From the IMG/VR virus record IMGVR_UViG_3300026484_000007, positions 208,603-272,602 of that record: DNA of 64,000 nucleotides; one strand, written 5' to 3'. The notes below the pieces were generated by a model. That model made no database searches, was not told the DNA's origin, and worked only from the letters and a program-made list of their open reading frames with translations. The position numbers were made by a program, and so were the translations under genes. Each line of letters begins with the position of its first letter. The first letter of the stretch is position 1. Positions 38,224 to 49,307 of the stretch are shown here, piece by piece.

Positions 38224-38397
38224 ATGAAAAAAACAGAAAATGATAAAAATGATAAAAAAATTTTAGAAATAAAAGATCCTTTATCTAAAAAAGATTTAGA
38301 AATAGAAACAATCGTTTGCGATGAATTCTTAGAAGAAGGATCTTTTATAGAAATCGATTTAGACGTTATCGATTTCGTAGAAAAACTTAAAAAATAA
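38224..38397 (+). CDS. 57-aa hypothetical protein (below ORF-track cutoff)
   Basis: AAAGGA RBS, MKKTENDK...FVEKLKK. Confidence 0.55.
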   Translation: MKKTENDKNDKKILEIKDPLSKKDLEIETIVCDEFLEEGSFIEIDLDVIDFVEKLKK

Positions 38398-38453
38398 AAA
38401 AGGATCTTTTTTAGATCCTTTTTAAAAATTAAAAATATAAAGGGAGATTAATA

Positions 38454-39032
38454 ATGTTAGATGATATTCAAAAACCACTTACAACGCTTATAAATATTTT
38501 TAATATTAATTTTATAGTAGGAATTATTTTATTTTCAATCGTTTTTACTATTGGAATGATTTTATTCAAAGATCAAATTAAATATTTATTTTATTCATTT
38601 ATGGATTTTATGAGATCTTTTATAGATCGCAAGTCTACTCAAAAATCTATAAAAGATCAACAGAAGCAATCTTCTTCGTCTTCTCCGCGCGCTCAGCTTT
38701 CTATACAAGAAGCGCAAGAAGTTAGACGATTATTAAACGATATCATTAAAGAAAAATTTAATTTTTATTTAATCAATGAATTATTACCTATGTACTATGG
38801 TAATAAAAAACCAGATAAAAATGATATTAATGAATTGCAAGAAAGATTTTTCACTGATGTATCGTTATTGATCACAAAGGATCTAAAAAAGATCTTTTTA
38901 AAATATTATACTACAGAAGGTATAAAAATATACATTAATGAACAATTTTTGTATTACGTGAATAAAATTGATAAAGCTTTCTATACTGATCAGACTTCGA
39001 TAGTTTCCGACGATTTATATAAATCGATATAA
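38454..39032 (+). CDS. membrane-anchored hypothetical protein
   Basis: N-terminal TM FIVGIILFSIVFTIGMILF. Confidence 0.7.
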   Translation: MLDDIQKPLTTLINIFNINFIVGIILFSIVFTIGMILFKDQIKYLFYSFMDFMRSFIDRKSTQKSIKDQQKQSSSSSPRAQLSIQEAQEVRRLLNDIIKEKFNFYLINELLPMYYGNKKPDKNDINELQERFFTDVSLLITKDLKKIFLKYYTTEGIKIYINEQFLYYVNKIDKAFYTDQTSIVSDDLYKSI

Positions 39033-39094
39033 CAACGTAATAAACGTAAAACGTAATAAAACGTAACAACACGCAACAACGTAAAGGAGAATAA

Positions 39095-41458
39095 ATGCCT
39101 ACAAACACAAACAATATAAATCATAAAAATTATAAATTAAAAATTCTTCAAGAGGCATCTTGGGAAGATGCTTTTGAAGATGAAGATCCAGTTGATGATG
39201 TTGTGGATAGTGCGTCAGCGCTAAACTCTCACGAACAGTCGCTTAAAGCAATATCATCTTTAGAAGATCTCGAAAAGATCGATAAACAGTTTGATTCATT
39301 ATATAAAAATTTTCTTGATAAAAATGATGATATTAATCTTTTTTCAGCGAAAGTTCAACGAATTGAATTGAGTAAAACATCTCAATTATATAAAAGAGAA
39401 AAAGAAAAAGAAGAGCCTGATGATCCTTTCGATGATCATAAACAAGCTCAGGAAGAATTAAATAAACTTTTCAATAATGAATCTAATGATATTCTTAAGA
39501 TTTTCCAATCTCAAACTATTCATAATAATAGAAAAGATCTTTATGAGATGTACGATGAAATCGCTGATATAAATTATATTGCGTATAAAATGCTAAGAGT
39601 GTATCTTGATAATATTTTAATTAAGAATGCTCAAACTAAAACATTCATTAATATCAAAGAAAATGAAGATAATAAAAATTTAGCTAAAATCGATGATACT
39701 AAATTAGATTTTATTAAAAAGATGCTTGATATGTTTTTAGTATTTTTTGATATTCAAAATAAGTTAAAAAACCAAATTGTTCCAAAGACTTTAAAGTACG
39801 GAGATTTTTATATTGAAGTTGTTGATCTTTCAAAGATCGATAATATTCTTTATAGACAACCTCAATTATTAACTGAAAATTTCGTAATTGAAAATAATGG
39901 AAGGAAAAAAACTTATAAAAATGTTTCTTACGCTTATCTTGAATTACCGTATAAAGAAAATTTTATGGAGTCTATGGATGCTGAAAACATTAATGAATCT
40001 AAATTCGGATCTAAAAAAGATTCGATTCATGATTTAAATAATTTAGCTCCAGCAGGCAATAATTTTGAAAATTTGGAAGAATCCTTTCAATACAAACTTG
40101 AAAAATTACGAGATAAATTATCGGCGAGAGTTCTTGAAGAAAGCGATATTCCTTTTTTAAAAAGAAATGATAATGAAGAATTTGATATTGAAAATTTATT
40201 TAAAATGGATCTTGATAAGATCGAAAATATTTATTTAAGATTACAAGACCCAAGTAAAGTTCTTAAAGTAGAGCAAGATGGAGTACTTTATGGGTATTTA
40301 GTAATCGAAGATGTCGATAGAGAAAAAAATGGGGATGAAGAAGAGATAAACATATACAAACGATTTTTATCGGATAATGAAAGTGGATCAAATGATGATG
40401 TAAATAAAAATGTTACAAAAAATATTGCTGGAGAAATTTCAGAGAAAATCTCAGAAAGACTTGCGGAATTTATTAATCAGAAAGGTGATTTTGAAGCTAT
40501 TCCAGATGAACTTAAAGCATCATTAAGAGTAATTATTTATCAAAAATTACTTAAGAAATCTAAGATAAAATTTAGATTTTTAGAAACTTCTGATATGGTA
40601 AATTTTCATACAGTGATTGATAAATTTGCTCCATATGGAACGTCAATTTTCGATCCAATTATTCAACCAGTAAAAATGTATACTATTGGATTAATGACTT
40701 CGATAGTATCAAGACTTAGTAGAGCTGCAGTGATTCGAAAATGGAATATTGAAGTAGGTAATAAAAGAAACTATCAAGCTGTAATCGAGCAAGTTAAAAA
40801 AGATCTTCGTAATAAATCAGTAACATACGATAGTCTTACTAGTATTAAAAATATATCAAAAATGATTACCGATTTTAAAGATATTGCGACAGTTACTAGA
40901 GATGGTCAAAGATTTATCGATCTTGAAGTGATGCCAATGCATGATCGATCTTTACCTATTCAAGAATTACAAGATCTAAAAACAGAATTAATTGCTGCGA
41001 CTGGAATTCCTGCGACTTATTTAAATATGCCAGATGCAGTTGATCTTAGAGAGACTCTTGTAAATATTAATATCAATTTTGCAAATACTATTATTAGTCA
41101 GCAAAGTTATATCGAAGATGGTCTGAATATTTTATTTAATATTATTATTAAAAAATTATTAAATTTAAATGGAATACCAGATAAAGGTTTCAATATATCT
41201 AGTATTTTTAAATTAACTTTAAACACTCCATTAGTACTTCAATTACAACAGAGTGAAGCTCTTGTTGGAAGTATAATTAATATTATTGGAGCATTGAATC
41301 AAGCTCAGCTTCAGATAGATCCATTAAAATTATTAGAAATGTATATACCTCAAATGAATTGGGAAGCATTGAAAAAATCTGGAGAAGAATTAACTCGAGA
41401 CGAAATCAAAAAGCAAATTATGATGCAACAAGACGGTCAGCAAGCTGGAGGATTTTAA
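39095..41458 (+). CDS. portal protein, T4 gp20-like
   Basis: LYEMYDEI, LKYGDFYIE, PYGTSIFDP, SRLSRAAVIRKWNIEVGN, LIAATGIPATYL. Confidence 0.8.
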   Translation: MPTNTNNINHKNYKLKILQEASWEDAFEDEDPVDDVVDSASALNSHEQSLKAISSLEDLEKIDKQFDSLYKNFLDKNDDINLFSAKVQRIELSKTSQLYKREKEKEEPDDPFDDHKQAQEELNKLFNNESNDILKIFQSQTIHNNRKDLYEMYDEIADINYIAYKMLRVYLDNILIKNAQTKTFINIKENEDNKNLAKIDDTKLDFIKKMLDMFLVFFDIQNKLKNQIVPKTLKYGDFYIEVVDLSKIDNILYRQPQLLTENFVIENNGRKKTYKNVSYAYLELPYKENFMESMDAENINESKFGSKKDSIHDLNNLAPAGNNFENLEESFQYKLEKLRDKLSARVLEESDIPFLKRNDNEEFDIENLFKMDLDKIENIYLRLQDPSKVLKVEQDGVLYGYLVIEDVDREKNGDEEEINIYKRFLSDNESGSNDDVNKNVTKNIAGEISEKISERLAEFINQKGDFEAIPDELKASLRVIIYQKLLKKSKIKFRFLETSDMVNFHTVIDKFAPYGTSIFDPIIQPVKMYTIGLMTSIVSRLSRAAVIRKWNIEVGNKRNYQAVIEQVKKDLRNKSVTYDSLTSIKNISKMITDFKDIATVTRDGQRFIDLEVMPMHDRSLPIQELQDLKTELIAATGIPATYLNMPDAVDLRETLVNININFANTIISQQSYIEDGLNILFNIIIKKLLNLNGIPDKGFNISSIFKLTLNTPLVLQLQQSEALVGSIINIIGALNQAQLQIDPLKLLEMYIPQMNWEALKKSGEELTRDEIKKQIMMQQDGQQAGGF

Positions 41459-41484
41459 AATCCTCCAGCTTTTTTTGTCGTTAG
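41442..41484 (+). terminator. intrinsic terminator with GTCGTTAG tail
   Basis: AGCTGGAGGATT-TTAA-AATCCTCCAGCT-TTTTTT. Confidence 0.85.
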
Positions 41485-41494
41485 AAAAAACTTT

Positions 41495-41625
41495 GAAAAC
41501 TCGTGATCCTAAAACGTTAAGCAACGATAGATATCTAAAGATATATAGCAGTTCTAAAATTTTTAGAACTGCTTTTATATCGCTTGTATCTAAAAAAGAT
41601 GCTACGTGGAAAATCAAAGTTTTTC
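41495..41625. repeat. ~140-bp dispersed palindromic element, copy D
   Basis: Same core. Confidence 0.85.
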
Positions 41626-41650
41626 AATATAATTTTAAATAATTTTTATT

Positions 41651-41791
41651 GAAAACTCGTGATCTTAAAACGTTGAGCAACGATAGATATCTAAAGATAT
41701 ATACGAGTTCTAAAACCACTTTAGAAATTTTAGAACTGCTTTTATATCGCTTGTATCTAAAATAGATGCTACTTTAAAAAACAAGTTTTTC
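41651..41791. repeat. ~140-bp dispersed palindromic element, copy E (tandem with D)
   Basis: Same core. Confidence 0.85.
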
Positions 41792-41892
41792 AAAAGTTTT
41801 TTTTGCCCTCTTAATTATTTTTAATTAAAAAATACAAAGAAAAAATTAAACGAAGTTTTAAACGAAGTTAAAGAAGATAAAAAGGAGATAAA

Positions 41893-43599
41893 ATGTCAAA
41901 ATTCGAAAACTTTTTTGGAGCGCTTCCTATTTTAAAACATATGAAATCTGAAGATTTTAAAGCTTTAAAATTACTAACAGAAAATGAAAAATATTCAGAA
42001 GATCTTCAAAAACTTGAAAATATTAATTCTAAATTAATCAATATTATCAATAACCCTTATTTAAAATATCCTAATTATTTAAAAGAACAAGATGAATCTT
42101 TTATAGATACATTTTATAATAATAAAGAAGGTAAAGAAAAATTAAAAAAAACATTAAGTGATAGATATCGATCTTCAATAGATACATTAGAAGAATATTC
42201 TAAAAATTTAGATAAAATAGATTATACTTTTGAAATTCTTTTTGAAGCTCAAGAAGAAGTAAATTCCGAAAGCCAATCAGATCCTTCTCAATCTCAAAAT
42301 GGCGAAAATAGAAAATTATCTGACGAACAGATTCAGCAGATAGCTCAAGGTATCCAAGATGGATCAATATCCGAAGAAGAGATTCAATCTGCGATACAGC
42401 AAGGTCAAATTGGAGAAGGAGATGTTGAATTAATTCAACAAGCGATGGGTCAGCAATCTGAAGAATCTGCTCAACAAAAAGAGGAAATTTCTAAACAACA
42501 AGTTGATCAAATTACTGATTCTTTTATTCGATTAAATTTATTTGATAAAATTAATGATCTTGAAGAAAAATTTGAAAGTTTTATCAATACTTCAAATGAT
42601 GCTGAAATGGTCGAAAAAATTAAACAATTAAAAAATTATTTAGATATAATTCTTTCTTTAGTGTATAATATGGATGTAAATTTGCTTTACCAATTATACG
42701 CTACTATCGAATTAAAAGCAATTACATTATTTAAAGAAAAAATGGGAATAAAAACTATAGATGATGATGACGAATACTTAATTAATCTTCAACGTCAAGC
42801 ATATGCTCAAGAATTAAAAAGTAAATTTCCAAAAGAAATTCTTATGGAAAAATTAGCTTCTGGCGAATTAGAAGGTACTACGATTCTTGAAGATTTAGTA
42901 AAATATCAAATATATTCAGAAGAAGAAATTCAACAGATGATGCAAGAGGCACAGCAGCAACAGGAACAACAACAGGCGCAAGAACAAGGGCAACCAGAAC
43001 AAGGATCCCCAGCAGATCAACAACCTGGAACACCTGATCCAGCAGCAGCTCAAGCGCAACCTCAGCCAGATCAACCTGCTCAGCAAGCTAATCCTCAACA
43101 AGTTGATCCAGCGCAAGCGGGACAAGCTCAAGCTCAACCTCAACCAACACAAGGATCTCCAGCAGATCAACAAGCTCAAGCGGGACAAGCTCAAGCACAA
43201 CCTCAAAATAATCAAGAACAATTAGCTCAGCAGATGATGCAATCTGCTGAAGAATTAAAACAAGCTGCTCAAGTAATGTTAAATAATTCAGAACAAGATG
43301 AAATTACGCAAATCGCTAACGCAATCGTATCTGGGCAAATGTCAGCTGATGAATTAATTCAACAATTTATGAATAATCAGATTTCGAAAGAAGATTTTAA
43401 AAAGATTATTTCAAAAATCGATGAAATTAAAAAAGCTGGTGGAGAAGGATCTTCTGGAGATCAAGCTCAAAGCCAAGCTCAAAGTCAAGGCGAACAGCAA
43501 ATTACAGATGATGAATCTAAAGATTTAAAAGCAAAAGAATCGAAAGAACCTAAAAAGAAAAAGAATGTTGACGTTAGTAGCGACGCAGTTGATGTATAA
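41893..43599 (+). CDS. Gln-rich acidic protein, possible scaffold/head protein
   Basis: 568 aa downstream of portal; QAGQAQAQPQ repeats; LxE motifs. Confidence 0.5.
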   Translation: MSKFENFFGALPILKHMKSEDFKALKLLTENEKYSEDLQKLENINSKLINIINNPYLKYPNYLKEQDESFIDTFYNNKEGKEKLKKTLSDRYRSSIDTLEEYSKNLDKIDYTFEILFEAQEEVNSESQSDPSQSQNGENRKLSDEQIQQIAQGIQDGSISEEEIQSAIQQGQIGEGDVELIQQAMGQQSEESAQQKEEISKQQVDQITDSFIRLNLFDKINDLEEKFESFINTSNDAEMVEKIKQLKNYLDIILSLVYNMDVNLLYQLYATIELKAITLFKEKMGIKTIDDDDEYLINLQRQAYAQELKSKFPKEILMEKLASGELEGTTILEDLVKYQIYSEEEIQQMMQEAQQQQEQQQAQEQGQPEQGSPADQQPGTPDPAAAQAQPQPDQPAQQANPQQVDPAQAGQAQAQPQPTQGSPADQQAQAGQAQAQPQNNQEQLAQQMMQSAEELKQAAQVMLNNSEQDEITQIANAIVSGQMSADELIQQFMNNQISKEDFKKIISKIDEIKKAGGEGSSGDQAQSQAQSQGEQQITDDESKDLKAKESKEPKKKKNVDVSSDAVDV

Positions 43600-43600
43600 G

Positions 43601-43670
43601 AATTATTAAAAATCATTAAGAATTATTAAGAATTATTAAGAATTATTAAAAATTATTAAGAATTATTAAA
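43601..43670. repeat. tandem repeat (AATTATTAAR)x7
   Basis: Direct reading. Confidence 0.9.
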
Positions 43671-43708
43671 AATATATAGAATTATAAAAAATTATAAAAA
43701 GGATTACG

Positions 43709-46621
43709 ATGGCTACTGAAATAGTAACGAATGAAGATTATAAAAAAGTAGAAATTCTTGGATTATTGCCAACCGCTAGAGATCCATCCGATTGGCTTCG
43801 AATGGTCGCAAGAATTTTTGGGGCTTATAAACAAGTCGATTTAAATAAATCCATCGCAGCTTATATCGATGGATTCGATATTAAAGTTACCGAAGAAGGT
43901 GATCGATATAAATTCGAGATCTCTGCTGGATCATGTTTTATTGATGATCAATTTATTGGATTTAAAGATGACGTCGTATGGTATCTTTATAAAAATACCA
44001 TAGTACCAAACTCTGATAAAATTTTAGTCCTTTATTATCAATGGTCTTTAGAATTTAATTATAATCTCGCTGAGTTTAAAGTAATTGATGAATCTGAGTT
44101 CGTTCCTCAAAATATGATTAGAATTCGAAGATTTAAAATTAATGCTGATTATAGTATTACATTAGAACCATCTGATTTAGATCAACAATTCGCAGATAAC
44201 TTTAAAAAATTATTTGAAATTGCTTCAGATAAAGTTGTATCTTCAATGGATTCATTAAAGTATCATTTTGAATCGTATGATGTTGAAGAAAATAAAATTG
44301 CTCCAGAAACTAAGTCAGGTGACTTTGTATATTTAGATTATATTACTGGACAATATCGCCCTGCTAGATCATGTACTAAAAAATACGATAAAGCAGTAGG
44401 AATTTATTTAAAAAATATTAATAATAATAAACAATATGTAATTTTTTCTGGGATAGTGAATTTCGATGAATCTCAATGGTACATCGATGATGAAAGAAGT
44501 TATCTAAAAAATTTAGAAAAAGGTACTAGTTATTACTTAGCGGACAATTGTCTGGAAACCAACGTTTATACTGGAGAAGTGAAAGTAATCAATCCAGGAG
44601 CTATAAGTTCAAAATTTTATCCAGGGCTGGTTAGAGTAGGATTTTCAATCGATGAAAATTCTTTATTTATTCAATTAGATTATTCTTCTGAAATGAACGT
44701 GAATAATATATTAGAATTATTTGGAGATAAAGAAAGATTCTCTTTAAGATACACTCAGTTTTATGATTATTTTTCTATAGTAAATCAATTAAATAAATAT
44801 AATGAATACACTGCGGGAGATTATTTATCTCATAAAGATTTAATTGATTCAAATATAGATGAAATTGATTCTCGTATAAATACGGATCTTTCAGATCTTA
44901 ATACAGCTTATTCAAATTGGAGCACTGCTAAATCTAATTTAGAAAATCATGTTTCATCTACATCAAGTTCATCAGATTACAAAACGAATTTTGAATCTAT
45001 ATTTAATCAGTATCATAAAAAGATCTATAATCAATTGAAAGCAATTTATAATGGAGACCAAATCAAAAACGTTCGTGATAATATTAAATTTATTTTAGAT
45101 TTAATTAAAGCAAATATTGATGCTAGTCAAAGTGCTTATGATGATATTGCTACTGCAAATACATCATTTGAGACAAAAACGATTGGTAAAAAATGGCAAG
45201 CATTAATAGATGATATGAATGATATTTACGACATGATTAATTATTGGTATCAATTATTAGGAACTGGCACTGACGATAAAACCTTACTAGCAAATTCTGA
45301 AAAAAGAATTCAGGATATTATAATAAATTATTTTAATAAAACTAACGATCTATCAACGACTATTAATAATTCAAATACATATTTGGATATTACTACTGAA
45401 AATGACGATGGTAGTACAACAACCACTACTGGTTATATTTCAAAAATTATTAATAGTATTCAAGATTCATTAAATTCTTTCAGTTCAAATCATTTAACAG
45501 TTATGTCTGTAGCTCAAGATCCAAATAATTATAGATTTGATGATACATTCTTTACTTTAGACTATCAAAAAATTACTGATTATTATCAATTATCAAAAAC
45601 TTTAACTTGGGATGATGTAAGATATTATAAGGATTCTGATTTAACGGTTGATAATGTGGATGAAGAAACTGGAGAAGGAACTTATAGTTATTCGACTGAA
45701 ACTGACGCTGATGGTATTGCAAATATTCAAACCAATGACGTATTATTTAATACGACTACTGAAGTAAACGATACTTACGTAAATATTTATGATAATACTA
45801 GTCCAGATTCGGATAATTACAAAGATGAAACTTTATATACTGAAATGAAATTAGGTCTAGCTTTATTAAGCAATAATCTTTTATATATAAATAAAGTTCA
45901 TGATAGTTTATTATACATGCGTGGATATATTATTGAATTCCAAAAATTAATTACTTATTTTGATAATTATTTTAGTGCTGTTAGTATCTCAACAGAAACC
46001 TCAAATATAGAAACAATCAATACTAATTTTAATACATTAGCAGTAACTTTAATGAATAAAAAAGATCTTTTAAATAATCATCAAATCGAAACATATACTG
46101 ATAAAATGATTAAAGATAAATTAAATATCCATTTAAATGAATTAAATTCTATCAAAGCTGATAATGAAAATACGGTAATTGATTTAAGTACTAAAATGAC
46201 AACAGTGAAAGAAAATCTTGGAGTAGATTTAGATCAAAATAATCCTGTTTTAAGTATCTTTAGTATAAATAATTATCAGCGAATAATTTATAATTACACT
46301 TACATCGTTCAACGTTTAAGAATCAAATTTACTGATAAAAAAGTTATCGAAGATCGAATTCAGATCATTGATAATAAAATTGCTTTTGTGACTAGTCAAC
46401 CAGTAATTGATCAAGCTTTATTAACTCAATTGCAAGATCTTAAAGCATCATATGTTAATACATTAAATCAAGTGAATTTTGAAATTGAAACTTTAGCTAC
46501 TGAATTTAATAGATTAAGAACAGAGCATTTAGGTTTACCAGCGACAGCTGTTGAATCCGCAGATTTCGATGATGGAGGATTAGCTGTTAGTAATTTAGAT
46601 TGCTTAGATACCTCAGAGTGA
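43709..46621 (+). CDS. large virion/tail-fibre-associated protein with long coiled coils
   Basis: N-terminal FEISAGSCFIDD and GDFVY...AVGI beta modules seen in fibre proteins. Confidence 0.5.
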   Translation: MATEIVTNEDYKKVEILGLLPTARDPSDWLRMVARIFGAYKQVDLNKSIAAYIDGFDIKVTEEGDRYKFEISAGSCFIDDQFIGFKDDVVWYLYKNTIVPNSDKILVLYYQWSLEFNYNLAEFKVIDESEFVPQNMIRIRRFKINADYSITLEPSDLDQQFADNFKKLFEIASDKVVSSMDSLKYHFESYDVEENKIAPETKSGDFVYLDYITGQYRPARSCTKKYDKAVGIYLKNINNNKQYVIFSGIVNFDESQWYIDDERSYLKNLEKGTSYYLADNCLETNVYTGEVKVINPGAISSKFYPGLVRVGFSIDENSLFIQLDYSSEMNVNNILELFGDKERFSLRYTQFYDYFSIVNQLNKYNEYTAGDYLSHKDLIDSNIDEIDSRINTDLSDLNTAYSNWSTAKSNLENHVSSTSSSSDYKTNFESIFNQYHKKIYNQLKAIYNGDQIKNVRDNIKFILDLIKANIDASQSAYDDIATANTSFETKTIGKKWQALIDDMNDIYDMINYWYQLLGTGTDDKTLLANSEKRIQDIIINYFNKTNDLSTTINNSNTYLDITTENDDGSTTTTTGYISKIINSIQDSLNSFSSNHLTVMSVAQDPNNYRFDDTFFTLDYQKITDYYQLSKTLTWDDVRYYKDSDLTVDNVDEETGEGTYSYSTETDADGIANIQTNDVLFNTTTEVNDTYVNIYDNTSPDSDNYKDETLYTEMKLGLALLSNNLLYINKVHDSLLYMRGYIIEFQKLITYFDNYFSAVSISTETSNIETINTNFNTLAVTLMNKKDLLNNHQIETYTDKMIKDKLNIHLNELNSIKADNENTVIDLSTKMTTVKENLGVDLDQNNPVLSIFSINNYQRIIYNYTYIVQRLRIKFTDKKVIEDRIQIIDNKIAFVTSQPVIDQALLTQLQDLKASYVNTLNQVNFEIETLATEFNRLRTEHLGLPATAVESADFDDGGLAVSNLDCLDTSE

Positions 46622-46737
46622 TCTTTTTTAGATCACTTCTACGGGAGTGATCTTTTTTAGATCACTTTCAAAATTGAATTAAAAATAATTAAAAATAATT
46701 AAAAATAATTAAAAATAAAAAACTTAAAGGATTCAAA

Positions 46738-47046
46738 ATGGGATTAAAAAGATACATCACGATAATGAACGAAGATAATCAAACGAAAACCGTCGGGACA
46801 GATGTTACTGGTTTACTATTTGAAGTTTTCGTGTATAACGATCACGACACAAATGATTCTCGACAACCAACAATAAAATTTTATTTTCAAACAGATGACG
46901 ATTTAGAGATTACTGTTTTTAAAAAGAAATTAGAAGTGAATGAAACTTTTATTTTAAAGCCAGAGATATCGTTAATATCAGATGATTTAAAAATCTACTG
47001 CGATTTAAAAGGAGTTCAAGTAGTAACTCAAGTTCTTCAAAATTAA
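46738..47046 (+). CDS. small beta-rich hypothetical protein
   Basis: 102 aa with RBS. Confidence 0.7.
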   Translation: MGLKRYITIMNEDNQTKTVGTDVTGLLFEVFVYNDHDTNDSRQPTIKFYFQTDDDLEITVFKKKLEVNETFILKPEISLISDDLKIYCDLKGVQVVTQVLQN

Positions 47047-47057
47047 AGGATCGAAAA

Positions 47058-49277
47058 ATGGGAATAGTAGTAAAGACTAAAGAAATATATCCAATTTACG
47101 AAGAAAATTGTAAAGCGAATCAAGAGATTGCTCTTGTCGAAGCAGCTCGAGATGATAATAATGAAAATAATATACATTATAAAGCTAAAGATAGCACTCA
47201 AGTATATTCATATATTCATATAAATGGAGATACTGGAGAAATCACTTTAACCACTCAAGGGGTCGAAGCAGTAAATACAGATTACGATGATAAATCATTA
47301 GAATTATGGTCTCTTGATTTTACGGTGATAGCTGAAGATACTGAACTTGGAGATTCAATAGAGATTGATCTTAGTGTTCCAGTTGTAAGAGTTAACGACA
47401 GCGCTCCTGTTGTAACAGATGAAATTAAATATCCTATTTATAGTAAAGATGTTAAAGAAGGTCAAAGAGTTCTAGATGTAAGAACTATGTATCCAAGTTA
47501 TTATAGAGTAATTAATACATCTTCAAAATATTTTACATTTAATGATTCTCAATTTGGTGCTTGTACATTAACTGCTGATGGAGTAGAACAAGCACAAAAA
47601 ATCTTTGAAAACGGCGGAAATCAAATGAGATTAGATGTCGAATTCGAAGATCAATATTGTGGATTAAAAACCACTCGTACTTATTATATTGATTTAATTG
47701 AAGGTTCTGCGGTTGAATACGTTCCTAAGAAATCAATTCTTGAGAATATCGGAGTTGTTCTTGGAATAGATATTTCTTCAAAATTTGAAACTTTTAAAAC
47801 CGATGCTGAAATAAAAAATAAATATTTATTAAATCAATATTTTGATTCTTTAAGTATAGATGATTTAGGTTTACTTGAAAATATTTTCAAAGGTGTAGCT
47901 TATTTTGAAACTGAAATGGGCAATAAATATAATGACACTAATCAATCAAATGAAATCATTAATGAATATAAATTAATGAAATCAATCGAAACTAACAGAA
48001 CTTCTTTAATCAATAAAGGTATAAAACATTATTTACAAGCGCTTGATAAAGATTATACTTTAAATTATAATTTTCAAGGGAAGATTAGCAATTCCAATTT
48101 TAATCTTGGGACAAATTTATTTAATTATCAGGATGATCAATCAATTAAAAATATTTTTTATAATGTAATGTATTTAAAAGATCAAATTGAGAATCTTGTT
48201 GATAAAAAAATTCAATCGAACAATGAATCAATTTCATCAGTTGTTGGTCAAGCTTTTAAAGCAGTACATGATGAATTCAATTATGTGAATAAAAGTATTC
48301 TGATGAATCATTTTACAAAACTTGGTAAATATATTTGGAATACAAATAAACGGGTTTATAAAATCTTGACTAATCAAAATAAATTAACTAATGAAGTTTC
48401 TGTGGATTCATCAAGAATTCAAGATATAATAAATTTATTATTTATTGATGATACTAGTACTTTACCTACGTCAGCGGCAGCTAATTATGATACATATAAA
48501 GGTGATCATACTACGGAAACTCTTACTGGAACATCAAAAGGATTTTTTGGATGGATCAAAGCGATCGATGATAGATACTTAGAAGACTGGGGAGTTAATG
48601 ATAACGATCGTTGGCAATTCACGAATAGCACTGATGGTGATGGTGAATTAAAATATGATAAATTAACTAGATTAATTGCTGCTACAGCTGGTGATGCAGA
48701 CGAAGTTGCTCGAATACTAATGGAAACAGATGATATTACTTTTGAGCAAGGTAAATCAAAATTTTATTTTATCGGTGGAGATAGTAATTGTAAATTACAA
48801 TTATCCGCAGATGCAGGTGTTACGACTATAGTTGAAGCTGATGAATTCGATGGAACTGCATCTTCTGCGAAATACGCGGATATCGCCGAATATTATTTAG
48901 CAGATAAAAATTATGAAAAAGGAACTGTATTAGTATTTGATTCTTCAGATTCCGATTTTGAAATTACCCTTGGATCTTCTAAAGATCAATATCCGATAGG
49001 GATCGTTTCTTCAAGACCAGGATATATATTAAATTCATCTAAAGCAGAAATTCCAAATTGGAATTTAATTGCGTTAAAAGGAAGAGTTCCTGTAAAAATT
49101 AATTCAAAAATAAAAGAGATCAAAAAAGGATCTTTATTGTATGCTAGTGTATCTGAGCCAGGAACTGCTACGCCAGAAAAAGATGATTCTATAGGAAACA
49201 AACCTATCGCAATTATCATTCAAAGATATAATAAAACTGATGATGAAAACATACTCGTTAATTGCTACGTTATTTAA
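47058..49277 (+). CDS. tail fibre/spike with cadherin-like Ig domains and C-terminal intramolecular chaperone (peptidase G2-like)
   Basis: INGDTGEITL...VVRVNDSAPV cadherin motif; GTASSAKYADIAEYY...IGIVSSRPGYILN...IALKGRVPVK. Confidence 0.75.
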   Translation: MGIVVKTKEIYPIYEENCKANQEIALVEAARDDNNENNIHYKAKDSTQVYSYIHINGDTGEITLTTQGVEAVNTDYDDKSLELWSLDFTVIAEDTELGDSIEIDLSVPVVRVNDSAPVVTDEIKYPIYSKDVKEGQRVLDVRTMYPSYYRVINTSSKYFTFNDSQFGACTLTADGVEQAQKIFENGGNQMRLDVEFEDQYCGLKTTRTYYIDLIEGSAVEYVPKKSILENIGVVLGIDISSKFETFKTDAEIKNKYLLNQYFDSLSIDDLGLLENIFKGVAYFETEMGNKYNDTNQSNEIINEYKLMKSIETNRTSLINKGIKHYLQALDKDYTLNYNFQGKISNSNFNLGTNLFNYQDDQSIKNIFYNVMYLKDQIENLVDKKIQSNNESISSVVGQAFKAVHDEFNYVNKSILMNHFTKLGKYIWNTNKRVYKILTNQNKLTNEVSVDSSRIQDIINLLFIDDTSTLPTSAAANYDTYKGDHTTETLTGTSKGFFGWIKAIDDRYLEDWGVNDNDRWQFTNSTDGDGELKYDKLTRLIAATAGDADEVARILMETDDITFEQGKSKFYFIGGDSNCKLQLSADAGVTTIVEADEFDGTASSAKYADIAEYYLADKNYEKGTVLVFDSSDSDFEITLGSSKDQYPIGIVSSRPGYILNSSKAEIPNWNLIALKGRVPVKINSKIKEIKKGSLLYASVSEPGTATPEKDDSIGNKPIAIIIQRYNKTDDENILVNCYVI

Positions 49278-49307
49278 ATTTATTTAAACGTAGATCAAAC
49301 GTCATTT

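Noticed and set aside
48625-48645. TDGDG in the tail fibre as the missing RNAP catalytic half
   Set aside because: Embedded in a fibre protein with no beta' or intein context
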